Part shown: in pieces, positions 1 through 9,103 of the stretch | Layout: every line of letters begins with the position of its first letter | How positions within the stretch are numbered: position 1 is the stretch's first letter | Assembly: GCA_002452215.1 (NCBI GenBank) | Contig: DKCO01000043.1 | Coordinates: 3,406 to 67,405 of the forward strand | Direction: 5' to 3' | DNA length: 64,000 bases | Source of the DNA: Spirochaetales bacterium UBA6872 | GTDB lineage: Bacteria; Spirochaetota; Spirochaetia; Sphaerochaetales; Sphaerochaetaceae | Notes under the pieces: generated by a model | Databases searched by the model: none | The model's input: only the letters and a program-made list of their open reading frames with translations | What the model was told of the DNA's origin: nothing | Program-made: the position numbers and the translations under genes

Positions 1-38
1 TTTTATACAAATGTACAGCAGTAAAAATCTGTTTTTAT

Positions 39-66
39 TTGACAATAATATTAGTAGAACTATAAA
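39..66 (+). promoter_or_regulatory. Sigma70-like promoter of the uxaBAC operon (TTGACA, 16 nt, TATAAA)
   Basis: TTGACA at 39-44, a 16-nt spacer, then TATAAA at 61-66, about 58 nt upstream of the uxaB ATG. The GAGGAGAGG RBS lies at 112-120. Confidence 0.5.
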
Positions 67-85
67 ATGAAACTGAGTTTCGTTT
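65..85 (+). promoter_or_regulatory. KdgR-type operator (AAATGAAAC-TGA-GTTTCGTTT)
   Basis: Imperfect palindrome TGAAAC/GTTTCG with a 3-nt centre. It overlaps or follows the -10 hexamer and resembles the TGAAA-N5/6-TTTCA KdgR box known upstream of pectin/hexuronate genes. An IclR regulator is encoded at the operon end. Confidence 0.45.
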
Positions 86-123
86 TTAGCATAACAAGAT
101 AGTTAAAAATAGAGGAGAGGACA

Positions 124-1605
124 ATGAAAACAATACAGGAAACAGTTGAGAAAAAAGAAAGACCAGTGAAAGTATTGCAATATGGAGAAGGAAACTTCCT
201 TAGAGCTTTCGTTGACTGGATTATCGATCAATTGAACGAAAAAAGCGACTTCAATGGAGATGTAATGATGGTGCAGCCTCTTGAGCACGGCATGAGTGAC
301 ATGATCAATGCTCAAAATGGACTCTACACAACAGTCTTGAGAGGAGTACAAAACGGAAAACCAGTCGAAGAGTTCAGAAAAATCACATCTGTAAGGGGAT
401 GTATCAACCCATACAGAGACTATAATGAGTATATCGAGCAAGCAAAGAATCCTGACTTGAGATTCATAATCTCCAACACAACAGAGGCTGGAATTTCATA
501 CCATAAGGGTGACAAGCTTGAAGACAAGCCACAGGTATCATATCCTGGAAAAGTATGCGCATTTTTGTATTCAAGATACAAGGCATTCAATGGCGATGAA
601 AAGAAAGGAATCATCTTCATTCCTTGCGAGCTTATAGACAAGAACGGGGATAATCTAAAGAAAATCGTACTAGAGTATGCATCGGAGTGGAACCTTGAGG
701 AAGGATTTATAAGCTGGGTTGAAAACGCATGCGATTTTTGCAACTCGCTTGTCGACAGAATCGTTCCAGGATACCCAAGAGCAGAAGCTGACAGCATTTG
801 CGAGAAGCTTGGATATAAAGACAACCTCCTTGACTCTGCTGAGATATTCCTTCTGTGGGTAATAGAGTGCCACAAGAAGATGCATGATGACGAATTGCCA
901 ACAGCAAAGGCTGGCGTAAATGTCATTTGGACAGATGATATGTCATTCTACAGAACAAGAAAGGTTCGAATTCTCAATGGAGCACACACAATGACAGTGC
1001 TTGCAGCATACCAGACAGGCTTAAATACAGTCGAAGAGTGCATAAAATCCGATCTTATCTATCCAATGATGAGAAGAGGACTCTTTGAGGAGATCATCCC
1101 TTCAATGGATGGAGACAAGGATCAACTTGTACAATATGCAAACGATGTACTAGAAAGATTTGCAAATCCTTATATCGTTCATCTTCTTTTGTCGATCTCT
1201 TTGAACTCTGTATCCAAATTCAAAACAAGAGACCTCCCTTCCCTATTGGGCTATTACAAGAAAAACGGAAAGCTTCCTGATGTGCTTTCGTTCTCGCTTG
1301 CATCACTGATCAGCTTCTACAATGGAAAGATCAACGAAGACAAGACAGCGCTTGTTGGCAAAAGAGGCGATGAAGAGTACTTGATCAAGGATAGCCCTGA
1401 AATTCTCGAGGTTTTCGACAACCTATACAGCCAGAGCTACAAATGCTCAGGATGCAAATCATCAGCAATTGCAAAAGCTGTCCTCTCGAAAACAGAATGG
1501 TGGGGACAGGACCTTACAGCTATTGCTGGCCTCGAGGAAAAGGTCGCATCATACTTGGCAAAGATCTACGATGATGGAATGACAGAGGCAATAAAGTCTC
1601 TCTAG
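124..1605 (+). CDS. uxaB: Tagaturonate reductase (altronate oxidoreductase), mannitol dehydrogenase family
   Basis: 493-aa ORF. The N-terminus VLQYGEGNFLRAFVDWIIDQ is typical of UxaB. It sits in context with uxaA and uxaC. Confidence 0.85.
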   Translation: MKTIQETVEKKERPVKVLQYGEGNFLRAFVDWIIDQLNEKSDFNGDVMMVQPLEHGMSDMINAQNGLYTTVLRGVQNGKPVEEFRKITSVRGCINPYRDYNEYIEQAKNPDLRFIISNTTEAGISYHKGDKLEDKPQVSYPGKVCAFLYSRYKAFNGDEKKGIIFIPCELIDKNGDNLKKIVLEYASEWNLEEGFISWVENACDFCNSLVDRIVPGYPRAEADSICEKLGYKDNLLDSAEIFLLWVIECHKKMHDDELPTAKAGVNVIWTDDMSFYRTRKVRILNGAHTMTVLAAYQTGLNTVEECIKSDLIYPMMRRGLFEEIIPSMDGDKDQLVQYANDVLERFANPYIVHLLLSISLNSVSKFKTRDLPSLLGYYKKNGKLPDVLSFSLASLISFYNGKINEDKTALVGKRGDEEYLIKDSPEILEVFDNLYSQSYKCSGCKSSAIAKAVLSKTEWWGQDLTAIAGLEEKVASYLAKIYDDGMTEAIKSL

Positions 1606-1626
1606 TTTATTTCGGGGGAATAAGAA

Positions 1627-3141
1627 ATGGAAAACAAGCTAGTAAAAATCAATTCCAATGATAATGTAGCTGTAGCAATCCAATCTCTGTTCAAAGGAGA
1701 TGTTGTCTCTGTAGATGGTGATACATTCACTTTGCTCTCTGATATCCCAGCAGGACATAAAGTTGCGCTGAAGGACATAGATAAAGGCGAGAAGATAATC
1801 AAATATGGTTATCCAATAGGAGAAGCAAAGGATGATATCAAGAAGGGACAACATGTCCATGCATTCAATATCCATACGCTTTTGTCCGAAAACGCAAGCT
1901 ACCACTATGACAAGAAGATAGCGGATGAATATCTAGAAGAGTTCCAAGCTGACCAAAAACGTTGGGAAGAACATGTTCCATTTATCGATGCATATGAGAG
2001 AAAAAACGGGAGAATTGGAATAAGAAACGCTCTATGGATCGTTCCCACAGTCGGATGCGTGAATGGAATTGCAAAAAAACTTGAAGCATGGGGAAACCAA
2101 GAACTTGGCATTGAGGATGGAGTCCATGCATGGACACATCCTTTTGGATGCTCTCAAATGGGTACAGATCACGAGAATACAAGGAAGATACTTGCCGATT
2201 TGGTGCACCATCCAAATGCGGGAGGCGTTTTGGTTTTGGGTCTTGGATGCGAAAACAATACAATGGACTCATTCAAAGAACTCGTTGGAGAGGTGGATCC
2301 ATCAAGAGTAAAGTTCCTTGTTGCCCAAGAGTCAGAAGATGAAATTACTGATGCGCAGAGTCTTATGCGTAAGATTTCAGAGACAATCAAAAACGACAAA
2401 AGAACTCCTCAACCAATGTCAAAACTTGTAGTTGGCTTCAAATGTGGAGGATCTGATGGTCTTTCTGGAATAACAGCGAACCCTCTTGTTGGGCGCTTTT
2501 GCAATGAGCTTACAGCAATGGGTGGAACAGCTATCCTAACAGAAGTTCCTGAGATGTTTGGAGCTGAGCAAATATTGATGAACAGAGCCACAGACGAAAC
2601 TGTTTATAAACAAATCGTTGACTTGATTGACTCATTCAAGGATTACTTTGTGCAACATCATCAAGTAGTTTACGAAAATCCAAGTCCAGGAAACAAAGCT
2701 GGTGGCATCTCCACTTTGGAAGACAAATCTCTCGGATGCGTGCAAAAAGGCGGGAAGGCACCTGTTATAGATGTTTTGAAGTACGGAGAAAGAGTCAAGA
2801 AAAATGGTCTTAACCTTCTTTGGGGACCAGGAAATGATATCGTTTCTACAACAGCTCAAACAGCTGCAGGAGCAAATATAATCCTATTCACAACTGGAAG
2901 AGGAACTCCACTTGGAGCACCTGTTCCAACTGTAAAGATAGCGACTAATGATCATCTTTCATCTTTCAAGACGAACTGGATTGACTATAATGCAGGCAAA
3001 ATGCTCAAAATCGATCCACAAAGCGTTACAAATGAGCTTATAGCTCTGATCACTGCTATCGCAAATGGCGAGAAGCATACAAAGAATGAGATCAATGGAT
3101 ATGCTGAGATCTCATTATTCAAAGATGGAGTAATACTATGA
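1627..3141 (+). CDS. uxaA: Altronate dehydratase
   Basis: 504-aa ORF with a SAF-like N-terminal domain (NDNVAVA...GHKVAL) and a UxaA/GarD-type C-terminal domain. Its stop overlaps the uxaC start. Confidence 0.85.
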   Translation: MENKLVKINSNDNVAVAIQSLFKGDVVSVDGDTFTLLSDIPAGHKVALKDIDKGEKIIKYGYPIGEAKDDIKKGQHVHAFNIHTLLSENASYHYDKKIADEYLEEFQADQKRWEEHVPFIDAYERKNGRIGIRNALWIVPTVGCVNGIAKKLEAWGNQELGIEDGVHAWTHPFGCSQMGTDHENTRKILADLVHHPNAGGVLVLGLGCENNTMDSFKELVGEVDPSRVKFLVAQESEDEITDAQSLMRKISETIKNDKRTPQPMSKLVVGFKCGGSDGLSGITANPLVGRFCNELTAMGGTAILTEVPEMFGAEQILMNRATDETVYKQIVDLIDSFKDYFVQHHQVVYENPSPGNKAGGISTLEDKSLGCVQKGGKAPVIDVLKYGERVKKNGLNLLWGPGNDIVSTTAQTAAGANIILFTTGRGTPLGAPVPTVKIATNDHLSSFKTNWIDYNAGKMLKIDPQSVTNELIALITAIANGEKHTKNEINGYAEISLFKDGVIL

Positions 3142-4544
3142 AACCATTTATGGGACCGGATTTTCTTCTTGAAACAGAGACAGCAAAGAAACTGTTTCAC
3201 AACTTTAGCGCTGATATGCCAATATTCGACTACCATTGCCATTTGATCCCACAAGAGATTGCCAAGAACAAGAGATTCGATAACATCACAGAAATCTGGC
3301 TTGGAGGAGATCACTACAAGTGGAGACAGATGAGAACATGTGGAATCGATGAAAAATACATAACAGGCAATGCAGATCCTTATGAGAAATTCCTTGCATG
3401 GGCTGAAACAATGGAAAACCTTATTGGAAACCCACTCTACCATTGGACCCATCTTGAGTTGCAAAGATACTTCGGAATCTATGATGTGCTCAACAGAAAG
3501 AATGCCAAGAAGATTTTTGACCAATGCAATGAAAAACTAAAGAATGATCCAGATTTGACAGTCTGGGGAATCATGAAGAAATTCAAGGTTTATGCTGTTG
3601 GAACAACAGATGACCCTGCTGATGATTTAAAGTGGCATAAAGTCATAAAGGAAGAAGGAAAGTGCCCTGCAAAGGTAATACCTTCTTACAGACCTGACAA
3701 AGCTCTTAATATCAACAAAGATGATTTCAAAAATTATGTAGATACTCTTGCAAAGAGTGCAAATATGGAGATCAATAGCGCAAACGATCTTGTCAAGGCA
3801 CTGGAAAAGAGACTCGACTTCTTCGTTGAGATGGGTTGCAAGGCATCTGACCATGCACTTGAGACATGCCCTCATACATTCTGGTCCGATGATTGCGTTA
3901 ACAAGATATTTGCAAAGAAGATGAACTCTGAATGCTTGACAGATGAGGAGATTGATGCTTACAGGACTTTTGTACTTGCAAATCTTGCAAAAGCTTACAA
4001 AAAGAGAAATGTAGCAATGCAATGCCACTTTGCATCAATCAGAGACAACAATGCAAAGATGTTCAAGCTGTTGGGACCTGACACAGGATTCGATGCATCT
4101 CATGACAAGGAACTTGCATATGGAGTATCAAAATTCTTCTCAAAGCTATCTGAGACAGATGATATTCCAAAGACAATCTTCTACTCTCTTAATCCTAAAG
4201 ACTACTACTCTCTTGGGACTTTGATGGGATGCTGGCAAGGCGATGGAGTCAAAGGAAAGATCCAGCTAGGCTCGGCGTGGTGGTTCTGCGATCACAAGGA
4301 TGGAATGGAAGAGCAAATGAAAGTCTTGGCAAACATTGGAATGCTCCCAGCTTTCATTGGAATGCTTACCGACTCAAGAAGCTTCCTCTCCTACTCCAGA
4401 CATGAATACTTCAGACGAATACTTTGCAATCTCATTGGATCATGGGTCGAAAACGGCGAAGTTCCAAATGACGAAGAGATGCTTTCAAATGTTGTGAAAG
4501 ATATCTCGTTTACAAACGCAAAGAATTATTTCGAAGGAAAATAA
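3138..4544 (+). CDS. uxaC: Glucuronate isomerase
   Basis: 468-aa ORF. The N-terminus FLLETETAKKLFHNFSADMPIFDYHCHL matches the conserved UxaC N-terminus. Confidence 0.9.
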   Translation: MKPFMGPDFLLETETAKKLFHNFSADMPIFDYHCHLIPQEIAKNKRFDNITEIWLGGDHYKWRQMRTCGIDEKYITGNADPYEKFLAWAETMENLIGNPLYHWTHLELQRYFGIYDVLNRKNAKKIFDQCNEKLKNDPDLTVWGIMKKFKVYAVGTTDDPADDLKWHKVIKEEGKCPAKVIPSYRPDKALNINKDDFKNYVDTLAKSANMEINSANDLVKALEKRLDFFVEMGCKASDHALETCPHTFWSDDCVNKIFAKKMNSECLTDEEIDAYRTFVLANLAKAYKKRNVAMQCHFASIRDNNAKMFKLLGPDTGFDASHDKELAYGVSKFFSKLSETDDIPKTIFYSLNPKDYYSLGTLMGCWQGDGVKGKIQLGSAWWFCDHKDGMEEQMKVLANIGMLPAFIGMLTDSRSFLSYSRHEYFRRILCNLIGSWVENGEVPNDEEMLSNVVKDISFTNAKNYFEGK

Positions 4545-4545
4545 G

Positions 4546-5322
4546 ATGCAACGAGAGAATGATGAGAAGCAAATAAGCGCTGTTGGACGTACGCTTTCAA
4601 TCCTGGAGGCGCTTAGCAAAGAGGAATCAATAAATCTTGAACGTCTTTCCAAGACAACATCCTTGCCAAAAGCAACACTTCTTAGATTTCTCTCAACTCT
4701 TGTTAGCCTTGGCTATGTATTTAGAGACGATGGAGATAACTACCATCTAACCTTAAAGATGTTCTCCATCGGCTCTAGAAGCCTTAATCATATCAACCTT
4801 GTTGATACAGCCCGTCCATTTACCAAAAAGCTATCAAATGAACTGGGAGAGACTGTACATGTTGGAATTCTGGAAGAAGACAAGGCAATCTACATACTCA
4901 AAGACGAATCAAATTACACAATAAGAATGTATTCGAGAGTTGGTAAAGCAATACCTCTATATTGCACAGCAATCGGGAAGATATTCCTATCATATATGAG
5001 CGAGAAGGATCTTGACTCATATCTTGATACACATCCTCTTAGGCCATTTACGCCAAAATCAATAAAGAACGTTGATGCGCTAAAAGAAGAGCTAAGACTA
5101 GTAAGAAAGCGTGGATGGTCGATTGATGATGAAGAGCATGAAGAGAACATAATGTGCATCGGAGCTCCGATTTTTGATTATACGAATTCTGTTGTTGCAG
5201 CCATCTCAGTATCATTTCCTCTCTTCAGATTCGACAAAGAGAACTTTGAATTGATCATAGATAAAATCACAACAACATCGAATGAGATTTCAAAGCTACT
5301 AGGATACGAAAAGGAAGACTAA
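4546..5322 (+). CDS. IclR-family transcriptional regulator (KdgR-like)
   Basis: 258 aa with an N-terminal wHTH (RTLSILEALS...LSKTTSLPKATLLRFLSTL) and an IclR effector domain. It starts 1 nt after the uxaC stop. Confidence 0.8.
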   Translation: MQRENDEKQISAVGRTLSILEALSKEESINLERLSKTTSLPKATLLRFLSTLVSLGYVFRDDGDNYHLTLKMFSIGSRSLNHINLVDTARPFTKKLSNELGETVHVGILEEDKAIYILKDESNYTIRMYSRVGKAIPLYCTAIGKIFLSYMSEKDLDSYLDTHPLRPFTPKSIKNVDALKEELRLVRKRGWSIDDEEHEENIMCIGAPIFDYTNSVVAAISVSFPLFRFDKENFELIIDKITTTSNEISKLLGYEKED

Positions 5323-5942
5323 TTGCTCTCAAGAACCAGAGCAATATAGCCAATATAACTCTCAGCAAGGAATGCTTGGCCACTTTCTGATGTCGGTGCT
5401 GTCAAAGACAAAGATACAGATGCACTTCCTTTAGCATTTCCTGCCAGCTCTCCATTCAAAAGCTCGTAAGTTCTTGCATCGATGTCGATTTTGCCCAATA
5501 TTGCATATCCACTTTCGTTCTTGCATGGTATTCTTGCATTATCGACTGTTATATTAGCCTTATAATTCAATCTAGCATGAGACCCTTCTGTCTCAGTTAC
5601 TCCGGATGATAGAACAAGACAAGAGTCGTTGGAATCGAACGAATCTGTAGCTTTACTTGAAAGCAGAATAAGCTTAAGTGCAATTGAGCTATAATTGCCA
5701 TGTATATCCCAATTAACATAAAACTTCTCGCTTTCAACAGATGTTTGCGAGTTGGATTCAAGAAGTTGGAATCTCACTTCTTTCAAATCTGTAGTAAAGG
5801 AATCTGGGGAACTGTAAAAACCAACTCTCATTGCTTCAGGCTTCTCAAACCAGAGAGCAATACTCGAATTATTCAATGTAGTTGCTCCTAAAGAGAATAA
5901 AGAAAAAACAAGAATAATCAAAGCAATTGACGGTTTCTTCAT
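5319..5942 (-). CDS. Secreted putative fibre subunit S7 (orphan)
   Basis: Best start is the ATG at 5942 (MKKPSIALIILVFSLFSLGA signal peptide); the ORF track extends to 5999. C-terminal strand is ESYIGYIALVLESN. It shares the VGFYSS and FYVNWDI motifs with S4-S6. Confidence 0.6.
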   Translation of the reverse strand: MKKPSIALIILVFSLFSLGATTLNNSSIALWFEKPEAMRVGFYSSPDSFTTDLKEVRFQLLESNSQTSVESEKFYVNWDIHGNYSSIALKLILLSSKATDSFDSNDSCLVLSSGVTETEGSHARLNYKANITVDNARIPCKNESGYAILGKIDIDARTYELLNGELAGNAKGSASVSLSLTAPTSESGQAFLAESYIGYIALVLESN

Positions 5943-5952
5943 ATTAACCACT

Positions 5953-6489
5953 TCATCCTTCATAGCTGATTGTAACTTTGATTGAACCAGAAAACACATT
6001 ATATTTCCCTACGCCTTGTTTCAATTCATTTGATGGGATTTGCAAAACGATATACTGTGAGCCAGCTATTGGATAATCTCGTCCAGATATATAGATTGTT
6101 GCATTTTTGTTTTCTTTTGAAGAGAGTTTTGTCCCATTTATTGCTAAAGGACTTTGCCAATTTATTTCGATTGTCGAATTGTTTGCTTTCAAAGGTTCAA
6201 ATTCCGAGAGAGTTATAGTTATTGCATTTCTTGTATATACTTTCCACCAGATATAGAAACTTGCTTGACGAAAACTACTATTATCTTGCAGAACAAAATC
6301 AACATAATCCAGCTCAATGCTACTAGTGTCATCGTTTATACTTTTGATTTCTTTTGAGCTGACACCAAAATCTATACCGCTTTTTGCGCCAGCGAAAGCT
6401 ACATCGAGAACATCCTCTCCTAGCTGTATTGAATACAACGATATAGGCAAAACAAACAATATGATTAAAGAAAGAACCCTTTTTATCAT
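5953..6489 (-). CDS. Secreted putative fibre subunit S6 (orphan)
   Basis: Signal peptide MIKRVLSLIILFVLPISLYS. C-terminus is GKYNVFSGSIKVTISYEG. The start abuts the S5 stop with no gap. Confidence 0.6.
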   Translation of the reverse strand: MIKRVLSLIILFVLPISLYSIQLGEDVLDVAFAGAKSGIDFGVSSKEIKSINDDTSSIELDYVDFVLQDNSSFRQASFYIWWKVYTRNAITITLSEFEPLKANNSTIEINWQSPLAINGTKLSSKENKNATIYISGRDYPIAGSQYIVLQIPSNELKQGVGKYNVFSGSIKVTISYEG

Positions 6490-7077
6490 TCAATCTCCTG
6501 TAACATATAACAAAGCAAGTTTTCCAGTTTCTTTGTTCGGTAGTTTCGCAATGTCAGAGATAGCTGCAGTAGCATTGACTCCCAACTTGAAAATCTCAGC
6601 ACAAACGATTTCATCTTTATCGGGGATAAAGTATCCAAAATCATAGTCAGAGTCAAAAAAGGAAGAAGGCTCAACTTGAACTATCTCACGCCCATCATTG
6701 AATGAAGGAAAATCAAAACCTAATTCAAGTACAGAATCATCTTGATACTTGAAGTTCTTGCCAAGCAAATATATCTTCACATCATTGCTTGAGTTGATCT
6801 GATAGTAAATCCTTGGTTCTGCAGAAAAAACCAATTTTTCATTCGTAGAAAGATTATCATCTTGAAGCAAACTAATGCTATTTAGCCTATTAAGACCAAC
6901 AGTATCGACAGAAATAGTTGTTATAGTGCTATCAGTAAAACCAACAACCACTTTGGTATTTTTCTCGTTTGACAAATCCAAGCGCAAGTTAATATTCTTG
7001 CTCTCAGTTTTGGCAGCCCCCAAATTGAAGCTGCCAAATGATATCAACAATAAAAAGTACAGACAAATTCTATGCAT
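6490..7077 (-). CDS. Secreted putative fibre subunit S5 (orphan)
   Basis: Signal peptide MHRICLYFLLLISFGSFNLGAA. The N-terminal alternating strand is INLRLDLS. Also has the VVVGFTDS motif and the C-terminus GKLALLYVTGD. Confidence 0.55.
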   Translation of the reverse strand: MHRICLYFLLLISFGSFNLGAAKTESKNINLRLDLSNEKNTKVVVGFTDSTITTISVDTVGLNRLNSISLLQDDNLSTNEKLVFSAEPRIYYQINSSNDVKIYLLGKNFKYQDDSVLELGFDFPSFNDGREIVQVEPSSFFDSDYDFGYFIPDKDEIVCAEIFKLGVNATAAISDIAKLPNKETGKLALLYVTGD

Positions 7078-7093
7078 TTATAGCTCGTAATAA

Positions 7094-7654
7094 TTAATTT
7101 TTTGCTGTAATAGCAACTGTAATGGTATCTGAATATTCAGAAGCAAGTGTTGCTTTCTCGATATCAGCTTTTAAAGCTGTAAAAGTCATAGGCACAGCAC
7201 CATAATATAGAGCCATATTACTTGAGATATCAAAGCTAATGCCATTTTCCAAATCACCACTAGGCGATACAGAATCTATACCACTATTATCTTGAATTGA
7301 GCCCAATTCCCCGGAATAAGCAATAGAGGAATCACCATTTTTCAATTTTCCACTATTTTGCGATGTTATTTTTATAGAATATTTATTGCTATCGCCTTTG
7401 ATTCTCCACCAGACATATGCATCTTGGTAGCTCATATTTTCAGAGCCAGAAAACAAATGTTCTCCACTTACAAAACTATCGCTTTTTGGAGCATTTTCCA
7501 CCAATTTCGAGGCCCCTGTAGCATCTGTAATCCCAAAACTAGCTTCAGTAGGGATTGTCAACTTAACATCAATTGATGCACCGTTTGCTGTTGGAGCAGC
7601 AAATAACGCTGTGCTCAACGCAAAAATCAATAAGACAAAATAAATCCTTTTCAT
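7094..7654 (-). CDS. Secreted putative major fibre subunit S4 (orphan)
   Basis: Best start is the ATG at 7654 (MKRIYFVLLIFALSTALFAAP), preceded by GGAGAAAAA. The ORF track extends to 7726 through a non-signal N-terminus. N-terminal alternating strand is ASIDVKLTIP. The C-terminus SEYSDTITVAITAKN resembles the G-x-Y-x-D-T-h-T-V terminal strand of chaperone-usher/SCPU pilins. It is the only subunit gene with a sizeable upstream gap (99 nt). Confidence 0.6.
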   Translation of the reverse strand: MKRIYFVLLIFALSTALFAAPTANGASIDVKLTIPTEASFGITDATGASKLVENAPKSDSFVSGEHLFSGSENMSYQDAYVWWRIKGDSNKYSIKITSQNSGKLKNGDSSIAYSGELGSIQDNSGIDSVSPSGDLENGISFDISSNMALYYGAVPMTFTALKADIEKATLASEYSDTITVAITAKN

Positions 7655-7753
7655 TTTTTCTCCGTCTTTTGTGTCATGCTCTATAGGATTTTGCCCACTT
7701 TGACACTCAAGTGAGCATCCTACCATATTAATCTATACTTTTAATTCCTCTTT

Positions 7754-9103
7754 TTAAGTTCCTTCGGATGAAACAACATGGATATATACATCTTCTTTAT
7801 ATCGTCCAGACTCCAAATAGCTTGGTGGAGAATCGATCGAGATCTGAATATCTGTTGAAAGAACAAAATATGTAACATATGAACCTGCAGAATGCTTTAT
7901 CGCACCTTCTGAGTTCCATCCTGAAATTACTTCTGGAGATACAGATGCCCCGACAACTCCATCCGCTTGCGAAAAATATGTTGTTCCATCAAATTCCACA
8001 TATTCCTCATCTTTACCTTTCATATACAGATTGAATCCAAGCGAATTTCTCATAGAAACCAAGCCTCCGCTTTCATCTTTTATTCTTTCATTCACAAAAC
8101 GAAAACGTTCGCCTTGAAGCGTTGGCTTGCTACTGGAGGATGCAAAAATATATATAGAATCAGGTATCTTGCTTTGGTCAGTTTCTTTCCCATAGTTAGC
8201 AACAAAATCGAGTTGAGCTATACTGATTCTTAAATTAACATCATTTTGCAAATCAAGATTCGATGCTGCAGGTAAAGGCTTTATAAACAAGCTCGCTTTA
8301 GATGGTGTTTTCAGAGCCTGATGCTCTATGTAGCCAGAAAATGGAATCGTAAATGCCTTCCCACTTCCCAAAGCCTTACCGTCTTTATCCCTAAGTTGAA
8401 TATGTACAGTAACCATCGCAACATAATCATCTTTTTCTGAAAGAATGTATCTCTTGCCATTATATGTAAGGCTCAAATCATTGTTATCTTCAAATCTACC
8501 GGGAAGAGCAAGGATTACATCGAAAAAGACAGCTGAGCCATCATTGCTGTTATCATCATAGGCAAAGGAAAGCTTTTCATATTGCGACTCCTCAAACGTC
8601 TCGTCGATTTCTATAACCTGAATTAGTTTCTCATCTGAAGAATTGCGTGACTGATAGTGTCTGGATGTCTTTACAATAACAAAAAGCTTAAATGGAACTC
8701 GATAAGCATCATTTGATAGTGATGCCATTTCCAATGCTCCAGTACTTGATTCCACATAGATTGAGAGCTCTCCTCCTTCCAAAGCATTTCGTAGACCAAT
8801 ATCGTCTTCAACAGGATCATCCGAATAACCTCCTGTAAGAACAATATTTGGATCATAGTATTTCCAGTTATTTGCTTGTGCTTTTTCCCATGTTGAATAA
8901 GAGTCATCTGACGGGAAATAGTGTCCACTCCATTTTAATGTATTTCCATTTGCAAGATTTGATCTGTCTGGATAGCAAAGACTCCTTAAATTTATGGCTG
9001 AGGACGCTAATGGAACCAAGTAATAGTTTGAATCGTCAAATTCATAAGCGAAAAGAGATGAAATAAAAAAAGCAGATAAAACAATGAGAATTAAACGTTT
9101 CAT
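7754..9103 (-). CDS. Secreted two-domain protein S3, putative tip adhesin
   Basis: 449 aa with signal peptide MKRLILIVLSAFFISSLFA. The pilin-like terminal motif occurs twice: DDYVAMVTVHIQLRD mid-protein and SGRYKEDVYIHVVSSEGT at the C-terminus. ATGA overlap with S2. Confidence 0.55.
   Translation of the reverse strand: MKRLILIVLSAFFISSLFAYEFDDSNYYLVPLASSAINLRSLCYPDRSNLANGNTLKWSGHYFPSDDSYSTWEKAQANNWKYYDPNIVLTGGYSDDPVEDDIGLRNALEGGELSIYVESSTGALEMASLSNDAYRVPFKLFVIVKTSRHYQSRNSSDEKLIQVIEIDETFEESQYEKLSFAYDDNSNDGSAVFFDVILALPGRFEDNNDLSLTYNGKRYILSEKDDYVAMVTVHIQLRDKDGKALGSGKAFTIPFSGYIEHQALKTPSKASLFIKPLPAASNLDLQNDVNLRISIAQLDFVANYGKETDQSKIPDSIYIFASSSSKPTLQGERFRFVNERIKDESGGLVSMRNSLGFNLYMKGKDEEYVEFDGTTYFSQADGVVGASVSPEVISGWNSEGAIKHSAGSYVTYFVLSTDIQISIDSPPSYLESGRYKEDVYIHVVSSEGT

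Noticed and set aside
420-926. Long antisense ORFs inside clearly assigned genes, for example 420-926 (minus), 17518-17946 (plus), 18642-19172 (plus), 19587-20258 (plus), 24930-25334 (plus), 33797-34231 (plus), 54221-54616 (plus) and 60479-60976 (plus).
   Set aside because: They are shadow ORFs opposite strongly recognisable genes. Their composition is low-complexity and Ser/Pro/Ile-rich, and they have no RBS or family resemblance.
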